Source of the DNA: Ginkgo biloba
Lineage: Eukaryota > Plantae > Ginkgophyta
Length of the DNA stretch: 18,028 bases
Direction of reading: 5' to 3'
Assembly: GCA_024626585.2 (NCBI GenBank)
Contig: JANKJI020000002.1
Location: forward strand, 174,150,933-174,168,960
In this document: one piece after another, positions 1 through 7,362 of the stretch
Numbering within the stretch: the stretch's first letter is position 1
Layout: each line of letters starts with the position of its first letter
The notes under the pieces: model-generated
The model's input: the letters and a program-made list of their open reading frames with translations, nothing else
Databases searched by the model: none
Told to the model about the DNA's origin: nothing
Made by a program: the position numbers and the translations under genes

Positions 1-2
1 GA

Positions 3-68
3 AAGAGAAATTATAGCATGTGGAAGGATAAAATGATGAACATCTTGGATGATGATGAAGTTTATATG
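3..68 (+). pseudogene. Possible Ty1/copia Gag N-terminal fragment, truncated by the window edge and by the gypsy LTR
   Basis: Translates KRNYSMWKDKMMNILDDDEVYM, resembling the copia Gag N-terminal motif (G-x-NY-x-x-W-K-x-x-M-x-x-x-L). It ends exactly at a TGATG (69-73) that could start a CRM LTR. Only 22 codons are visible. Confidence 0.35.
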
Positions 69-729
69 TGATGTAGTGTGAAGAATAGTCGTATGAACCC
101 CAAATACAACGAGTGGGTGTGTGTGCATACATGTAAGGCTTAAAGGAGTATGTTGACGAAGACGTAGCAGCCAAAAAACTTGCTTGACGAAATAAAATCG
201 TTGGAAGAGAGTGTTCATTATCTGAATGCAATGGCCGATCATGGCATTTTGTCTTTTGAATGAATATAACTGACCTCCAAAAGTAAGGAGGGACCGCAAA
301 GGCTCCTGAATTTTGATGTAATAATTTATTTTCCAATGCACCTAGAGTTTTATTCTCCAAGAGGGTTTCTCCAATTAAAAAAATATTATGTCGTTATTTT
401 GTATGTCTTTATGCATTTTATTTATGATGTTGTACAACTATGAAATGTTTGATTTATAATGAATAACTTTTGTGTCAATCCACTTAAGTCAGCATCAATG
501 TGACTAACCTAAGACCTCCATCTCAAGAGCTCGTCAACATCCATCAGCAAGGTTTGTCGTTAAGGATCCTAAAGGTAGATGAGGTTGGCGACTTTGTTGG
601 TGGCTCACTGACATTTATCGATGAGACAGGCCTTCTGCCTATGTTGGCTTAATCTACATTGATGTTCGACGCACCCTTCACCGACATGAACCCGAAGCTT
701 AAGTGTCAGTTGACTCCACTCCCAAGTCA
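69..729 (+). repeat. 5' LTR of CRM copy A (3' end firm, 5' end tentative)
   Basis: Ends CTCCCAAGTCA(719-729), 2 nt before the PBS. This end matches the reverse complement of the downstream LTR start TGATGTGGGAG at 9/11 positions. Candidate start TGATG at 69; the LTR could instead begin upstream of the window. Confidence 0.6.
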
Positions 730-731
730 AT

Positions 732-743
732 TGGTATCAGAGC
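732..743 (+). promoter_or_regulatory. Primer-binding site complementary to the 3' end of initiator tRNA-Met
   Basis: Exact TGGTATCAGAGC directly after ...TCA-AT. Confidence 0.92.
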
Positions 744-793
744 ACAGACTGTCAGTGGAAAAGTGATGAATTTATAGTAGAATAGGAAGTCAG

Positions 794-1803
794 ATGGCAC
801 CCAGAGTGGATAGGACTCTTGTCCAACTATTGGAAAGCCTAGTACATAAGGTCGATGACCTAGGGGAGGCCTTGAGAAATTAGAGACTTGATCCTACTGC
901 ATAAAATATGGTGGAACCAGAGCATGAAGAAGAAGAACCAAGGCAACCTAAGCAGAACACTAAAATATGTTAAATCGAGTGCTCAGAAGTAGCAAAGGTG
1001 GAATAAGAGCGAAAGCACCATATTTTAGGGAAAGTTTAAAGCCATAGGATTTATTAGACTAGATCAGAGATATGGAGAAGTACTTTGATTGGGAGGAGAT
1101 AGACGACCCCAGAAGAGTCAGATTTGCTTGCACAAGGTTGAAAGGGTATGCTTCCTTATGGTGGGAGCATTTGTAGAAGGATAGAGTGCAGAAAGGCTAA
1201 GAGAGAATCCAAATATGGCAGGGCATGGTGGAGAAGTTGAAAGGAATTTTTTTATCGTCGGATTACAGCCAGAGATTGTTTAGAGAGATCCAGAATCTGA
1301 GGCAAAAAGAGAAGAGTGTACTTGAGTACACGATTGAGTTTTTCAAGTTATCATTTCGCAATGGTCAAGATAAAAGTGAAGAACAACTTGTAGTCAGATA
1401 TGTTAATGCTTTGAACCATGTAATCCAGGATGAGTTGGCAATGCACCATGTGGTCAGTGTTGACAAAGCATAATAGTTGGCACTGAAGACGGAAGAAAAT
1501 CTTTTCAGACAGCTGAGAAAAAGACCATTTGTTAGAAGTTCCACTAATACTTATTAGAGATGGAAGAGAAGAGTTGGGTGATGAAAAAATAAAGGTCGAT
1601 CAGGAGAAGAAGAAGCCCGTGGTCGAGGAACCGATAGAGCACTCTAACTCATAGGAGGATCAAGTTCTTATCACAACAGAGGTCGAATAACAACTATACA
1701 CAATACCAGAGGAAGGTCTGATAGAGCACCGCGACCATTCAAGTGACCTATAACTTGCGTCGGGTCCGACAAAGAGGGCCATATGTCGTTCGAGTGTCTA
1801 AAG
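794..1803 (+). pseudogene. gag: gag (retrotransposon capsid domain plus decayed zinc knuckle)
   Basis: Candidate ATG at 794. Reads DLLD*IRDMEKYFDWEEIDDPRRVRFACTRLKGYASLWWEHL, then ORF 1225-1473 (LFREIQNLRQKEKSVLEYTIEF). Knuckle CVGSDKEGHMSFEC at 1756-1797 has its second Cys changed to Ser. Multiple stops and frameshifts. Confidence 0.88.
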
Positions 1804-2079
1804 AAGAAAGATGATGGACAAAGAGTAAGAGAACATCAGGCCAATTTGTCTAAACAAAGGCCAAAATTGGGATCCCCTGCGACTAACAGATCAAAAGGGG
1901 TATCGACATAGAAAGTGTTATTATCATCGAGGAAGAAGAAGATGATCGACATGAGCTATGACACACACCAACAGAGGAAAGGCAAGGAAAAAGTAAGGCA
2001 TAAGGAGAATTGTCGGCCATCCATAAGTGAAAAGACAACTAGCATCTACAGTCTAAATACAAACACCGACATTGATTAG

Positions 2080-4411
2080 AGGAAGAAGCTTTTCACCATC
2101 AGGTGTATGTTGGGGAACGATGTTTGTAGTGTGATTATCAATGGTGGAAGCTATGAGAATATGATGTCAGAGGAGTTGGTAAGAAAGTTAGGTCTATGCT
2201 GACAGAAGTTGGATACACCTTACAGAATCTCATGGTTTAAGAAGGGCGAAGAGATCACTATGGAGTACATATCTTTGGTACCCATTTAGTTGGGTAGCTA
2301 TAGAGATGAAGTGTCATTCAACGTGGTGCCCATGGATGCTTGTCATTTATTATTAGGGTGATCGTGGCAGTATGATAGACAAATTATGCATGACGACTGA
2401 CAGAACACCTACACCATTGTTAAGGATAGGAGACATTTTACCTTATGGATGACAGATGAAGATGAGGTAGCCCAGGTGGTCTTGTTGATGAAATAGTTTA
2501 TGAGGAATGTTTAGATGACATGTGCATATTATGCATTAATTGCTAAAGAGATGAGAAGTGAGAAACTGATAGCGTTGTCAAGGGAAGTTAAGAAACTCTT
2601 GGAGGAGTACAATGATGTGACTCCAAAAGAGTTACCAGCAGGGTTACTGCAAGACAGAGGAATTTCTCATCAAATCAACTTGATTCCTGGCTCTAGTCTG
2701 TCGAATCAAGCAGCCTACTAACTTAGCCCGATAAAGAATGAGGAAGTCAATTGATAGGTGCAGTAGTTGCTTGAGAAGGAGTTTATCAAAGAAAGTTTGA
2801 GTCCTTGTGCGACTCCAACACTTTTAGCACCTAAGAAAGATGGCACTTGGAAGATGTGTGTTAATTCTAGGGCTATGAACCGAATCACTATCAAGTACAA
2901 ATTTCTAATGCCTACGATGGATGACATGATGGACTCCTTGTCAGGAATAAGTTATTTGTCCAAAATTGACTTGAGAAGCGGTTATTATCATATCAGAATC
3001 TGAGAGGGTGATGAATGGAAGACAGTGTTTAAGATAAAGGAGGGTGATGCCTTTTGGCTTGACAGGAGCACCTAGTACCTTCATGAGGTTGATGAACATT
3101 ATTTTGAAACCCCTTATTGGCAAATGTATGGTTGTCTATTTGGAAAACATCTTGGTATTCAATCACTCGTCGAGAGAGCATATGCAACACCTTAAGCAAG
3201 TATTGGACATACTTCGACAGGAAATAATATATGTAAACTTGAAAAAGTGCAGTTTCTACCAAAGGGATTTGAGATACCTTGGATTTGTGATTTCTGATGA
3301 AGGTCTAAAAATGGATCCAGAAAATTTCAAAGCAAACTTAGAGTGGCTAGTGCCAAGGAATACCACAGACGTCAGAAGCTTCTATGGCTTAGCTAATTTT
3401 TACAAGAAGTTTGTCAAGAATTTTAGTGCCATTGCAACACCCATGACAAAATGTATCAAAGGGAAGACATTCCAATGGACACACACAACACCGCACAGTT
3501 TTGAGATTTTGAAGCAAAAGATCAAAGAAGCACTAGTGTTAGCACTTCCAAACTTTGACAAAATCTTTGAAGTTGAGTGTGATGCATCAGGCATCAAAAT
3601 CAGGGCAATGGTAAGTCAAGAAGGCCAACCAATAACATATTTTAGTGAGAAGTTGAATGAGGCTTGAAGAAAATGGTCATCTTACGATATGGAATTTTAT
3701 GCTATGGTCTAGACACTGAAGTATTGGTGACATTACCTATTGCCAAAGGAGTTTGTGTTGTTCACCAACCACCAAGTGCTCAAATTTATCAATTCTTAAG
3801 GTAAACTCAGTATACGACATGCAAAGTGGATGGAATTCCCGCAAAGTTATTCTTTTATGTTGAGGCATAAGTCGGGGAGAACAAATAAAGTGGTGGATGC
3901 CTTAAGTCAGAGGATGACATTATTGATAGCGATGAAAAATGAGATCATTTGGATTTGAGTTGATGAAGGAGATATATGCCACCGACAAGGATTTCTGACA
4001 AGCTTTTAAATACGCGAAGAAACTAACATTTGACAATGGCTAACTCTATGCAGAATATTTCCTATAAGATGGATATATATTCATAGGTCGACAATTGTAC
4101 ATACCCGACAGCATCTTGAGGGAAAAAATTATCAAGGAATTGCACAGTGATGGACTAGGAGGATATTTTGGCAAGAATAAGACCATTGCATTGGTGGAAG
4201 ACCAATATTTTTTGTCAGGACTGAAGAGACAAGTGAGAAAATTTGTGGAGTAGTGTGGAATTTGCTAAGTCGCCAAGGGATGATCACAGAATGTGGGACT
4301 GTACAAGCCATTACCCATGCCAGAAGCACCTTGGATTGATATCTCAATGGATTTTGTTGTGGGGTTGCCTAATACTCAATGGGGAAAAGACTCATTATTT
4401 GTGGTCGTTGA
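2080..4411 (+). pseudogene. pol: pol of copy A: aspartic protease, reverse transcriptase, RNase H, integrase zinc finger and start of core
   Basis: Protease VIINGGSYEN (2131-2160; catalytic D changed to N). [34 protein letters not shown] and YLEN (3137-3148, in place of YLDD). RNase H VECDASG (3572-3592) through NKVVDALS. Integrase ELHSDGLGGYFG...CGIC and [14 protein letters not shown]. Many in-frame stops. Confidence 0.95.
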
Positions 4412-4511
4412 NNNNNNNNNNNNNNNNNNNNNNNNNNNNNNNNNNNNNNNNNNNNNNNNNNNNNNNNNNNNNNNNNNNNNNNNNNNNNNNNNNNNNNNNN
4501 NNNNNNNNNNN
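4412..4511. other. Assembly gap (exactly 100 N, a typical fixed-size scaffolding spacer)
   Basis: Run of 100 N. Confidence 0.99.
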
Positions 4512-5647
4512 AAGGAATGTCATAAAAAGTGGGACTTTATAAACCAGTGTTTGTTCCAAATGCACTGTGGACCGAAACCTCCATGGATTTTGTATTAGAG
4601 TTGCCAAACACATAAAGAGGGAATGATTCAGTGTTTGCGGTTGTTGATAGGTTTTTAAAGATGGTACATTTCATACCTTGCAAGAAGACCAATGATGCAG
4701 GAAAGACGATGGAGTTGTTCTTTAGAGAAGTAGTTCAATTGCATGGACTATTGAGGAGTATCACTTCTGACGGGGATAGCAAATTTCTAAGCCATTTCTG
4801 GAGAATGTTATGGAGAAAGTTGGGCATAGAACTTAAATTCAGTTGTGCATGCCATCCCTAGATCGATGGACAAACTGAACCACTGAATAGGTCATTGGGG
4901 AATCTGTTGAGAAGTTTGGCAGGAGATAAACCCAGACAATGGCATCAAGTTCTGGCACAAGCCTAATTTTCTTTCAACAACTCAATGAACAGATCGACAA
5001 GAATGGCACCATTTCAGATAGTATATGTTCAATTGCCAAAGAAAATGGTAGACTTAGTTGATATTCCAGTCGGAGAGCGAGTTAGTGATGATGCAGAGAC
5101 TATGGCAAAGAATCTGAAGCAAATTCATGAGGAAGTAAAGCAACGTATTTCGGAGAGCAATGCTCAATACAAGATAGCAATAGACCAACATCGAAGGCAT
5201 AAGGAATTTAAAGTCGGTGACATGATGATAGTTTTTCTTAGAAATGATAGGTTTCTGACAGGTACCTATAACAAGCTCAAGTATAAGAAAATTAGACCAT
5301 GTTAGATTATCAAGAAAATCAATGAAAACACTTATCAAATAGATTTGTCAATAGACTATGACATTTCTCCCATTTTTAACATCATAGACTTGTATCCATA
5401 TCCAGGTGATGACAGACATGAGGAGATGACCATGGTTGATTGGTAAAGATAGATGCCCAAAAAGGAGAAAGAGCGAGTGGAAGTAGTTTTGGATAAAAAG
5501 ATGGTGAAGACCAAAAGGGGAAACTACAATAAGTATCTAGTGAAGTGGGAAGGTTTACCCCATGAGGACAACACATGGATCACTGAAGATGACCTCAGAG
5601 GTTTGGATGAGAAGAAATGGGAAAGCTTTAAAGTTAAGTGTTTGTAG
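4512..5647 (+). pseudogene. pol: Integrase core/C-terminus plus C-terminal chromodomain of copy B
   Basis: ORFs 4631-4861, 4985-5305 and 5453-5647 are in one frame, separated by stops. Chromodomain VEVVLDKKMVKTKRGNYNKYLVKWEGLPHEDNTWITEDDL at 5477-5596. Confidence 0.93.
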
Positions 5648-5667
5648 GAGGACCTACATTTTTCTAT

Positions 5668-5680
5668 AAGAAGGGGAGGA
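5668..5680 (+). promoter_or_regulatory. Polypurine tract
   Basis: AAGAAGGGGAGGA (13 purines), 20 nt after the pol stop and immediately before TGATG. Confidence 0.9.
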
Positions 5681-6340
5681 TGATGTGGGAGCATAACGGT
5701 AGCACCCTGACATTGTGCATATTTTTTGCCAATGAATGGCAGGGCGACATAAAATTGTCGAATTATGTATATATATTTATATGTATTCTTGCAAACCAAC
5801 AATATTTTACAGGAGAGTTGTGTCAGTGGAGGAATTTGTAAACCAACATCGCAGGACGCCAATAGGGGTCGTGCTTGCCAACATTGTCATTAGGGTGATA
5901 AAAGGAGAATTTTTTGCATCAACAAGAAAAGGTGGCTAGTCAACATTGTTGGCATTTTATTATTTTTACAAAATGGCATTCGTGAGAGGATTAGAGGAGA
6001 ATCCTAACATCGATAGAGCCCGTCGACATCATTGTGTGGGGGGCAAGCTATCCAAGGGGCTTTGGGAGAGTGGCCAACATCATTGGAAAAGTTACATCGA
6101 AGATCAACATCAGTAGAACTGACAACAACACAGGGAGTGATCGACAATAGTCAAAGAAGAGGAATGAAGGCTTGCATCACCAATAGAGAAAAAAGAGCCC
6201 AACACCAACAGGAAAGAAGAATATGATGTTGACATGAGTTCGTCAACATCAATGGTGAAGAGGCAATATAAACTAACGTTGGTGGGGATGCGACAAGCAT
6301 CCCCACCAACGTTAAACCTTTTTTATTTTCTCCATGTTGG
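5681..6340 (+). repeat. 3' LTR of copy B (start firm, end approximate or truncated)
   Basis: Starts TGATGTGGGAG right after the PPT. TATA-like AATATAAA at 6265-6272. No clean terminal CA; ends near CTCCATGTTG (6330-6339) where unrelated RT sequence begins. Confidence 0.7.
6224..6314. repeat. Two perfect inverted repeats flanking a TATA-like box
   Basis: TGATGTTGAC-8nt-GTCAACATCA (6224-6251) and TAACGTTGGTGGGGATGC-GACAA-GCATCCCCACCAACGTTA (6274-6314). Confidence 0.95.
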
Positions 6341-6697
6341 GCTAGAGTATTTCCTACAAATTTTCTGTAAAACCCCATTAGGCATTGAAAACCTGTTTGA
6401 AGCATATTTTTTCGAATGGTTCAATTAAATATTGTTGAACTTTTATCTTGTCAATTTGTACTATGTTCATTATTACTATGTGGCCTAAGTATTCTTATCC
6501 GTGCTTGCCAAAGGAACACTTCAATCATTTGGCATAAAACTTATTTTCTAATATAGAGAAAATAATGTCATTGTTTTATGTTTTCTATATTCTAGCATGT
6601 ATGAGGATGTCGTCAAAGAAGATTAGGATAAGTTTTCTAAGAAAGACAAAACTTGTTCATTGTGGCTTAGAATGTTGTTCAGACATTGGATAGAAGT

Positions 6698-7140
6698 GTT
6701 GACCCTTACTTTTTAACAACCTTAGCATATTACTAGTACTTGCATGTGGCAAATAATTATCGCCCATCAAATCTTAAATGCATTCAATGCATTTAATGTT
6801 GACATATAAGGATGATTTGATCAAATTCTCGGTGATAGGTTATTATGATATACTATAAATTATTAAAAATTTGACTGTGGCAAATAATTGGCACTATTTA
6901 TTTTTTAATTGGATATAATTTTGTTATAAATGCATTTAGCGTAGATTTGTACAAATTATTTAATCAAGGTATTTCTCAATATTGAATGTATTTGATATAT
7001 ATGGACAAATGATATGATCAATTTCCCTTGATGTGCTATTATAAAACATTATATACAATTAAATATTTCACATTCTTTTGATAATTTCTATATTGTTTTC
7101 TCATTAATGAAGTGGTGACTAGAGAGACGTGATTTTTTTT
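6698..7140. other. Unidentified ~440-bp AT-rich insertion splitting the minus-strand RT
   Basis: RT reads KDNDRYKIIF..YKFISIL up to ~7141 and resumes at LSNV*TTF*ATMN from ~6693; these motifs are nearly adjacent in gypsy RT. AAGT is on both flanks (6694-6697, 7141-7144). Internal 14-bp direct repeat TGTGGCAAATAATT (6745, 6876) and a T8 run at the right end. Confidence 0.55.
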
Positions 7141-7188
7141 AAGTATCGAGATAAATTTATATATGAATATGATTTTATATCTATCGTT

Positions 7189-7362
7189 ATCTTTAAATAG
7201 ATTTTTGGTGGTGTTGTTGACACGGGTGTGTAATTACTCCCAATATAGTAATATTTAGCACATGGACCTTAGATATATACCCCCAAGATTTGAACCTTGG
7301 TTGCATTGGTGAAAACATCAACTCTATCACTCGAACCACTCAAGGGTACATCTTTAAGTAGA
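7189..7362 (-). mobile_element. tRNA-derived SINE (~148-bp body, 7202-7349) with 13-bp target-site duplication
   Basis: TSD ATCTTTAAATAGA (7189-7201) and ATCTTTAAGTAGA (7350-7362). Minus strand has box A-like TGGTTCGAGTGA (7338-7327), box B GGTTCAAATC (7296-7287), 30 nt apart, and tail CAACAACACCACCAAAAA. Removing it rejoins the RT frame YYQILLK|DNDRYK. Confidence 0.85.

Larger units (their letters stand above)
69..4411 (+). mobile_element. Ty3/gypsy chromovirus (CRM clade) retrotransposon, copy A: 5' LTR to integrase N-terminus, degenerate, cut by the assembly gap
   Basis: LTR end ...TCA(729), PBS, then gag, protease, RT, RNase H and integrase in gypsy order. CRM-type signatures include RVRFACTRLKGYASLWW (Gag), VVPMDACHLLLG*SWQYD (protease region) and [21 protein letters not shown] (RT). 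The left boundary is uncertain. Confidence 0.9.
4512..6340 (+). mobile_element. Ty3/gypsy CRM-like retrotransposon, copy B: integrase, chromodomain, PPT and 3' LTR
   Basis: Integrase core [32 protein letters not shown] and GPY/F-like KKIRPC. Chromodomain, stop at 5645-5647, PPT and TGATG LTR start follow. The right end is set by where the minus-strand RT begins (~6341). Confidence 0.9.

Noticed and set aside
5681-5690. snRNA-type USE (TCCCACATCA on the minus strand)
   Set aside because: It is the LTR terminus directly after the PPT, and no snRNA lies downstream.
2718-5862. Minus-strand ORFs overlapping pol
   Set aside because: Antisense shadows of the retrotransposon coding sequence.
6274-6345. 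Helitron 3' end or bacterial-type terminator (hairpin, T-run, CTAG)
   Set aside because: CTAG is 27 nt from the hairpin, is followed by A rather than T, and lies in RT-derived sequence. The context is eukaryotic LTR DNA.
6761-6769. CGCCCATCA as the 3' LTR end
   Set aside because: 6341-6695 is clearly minus-strand RT coding sequence, so the LTR cannot extend this far.
7275-7349. Functional tRNA gene
   Set aside because: Stems are broken and the unit has a non-tRNA body, tail and TSD, so it is a SINE.
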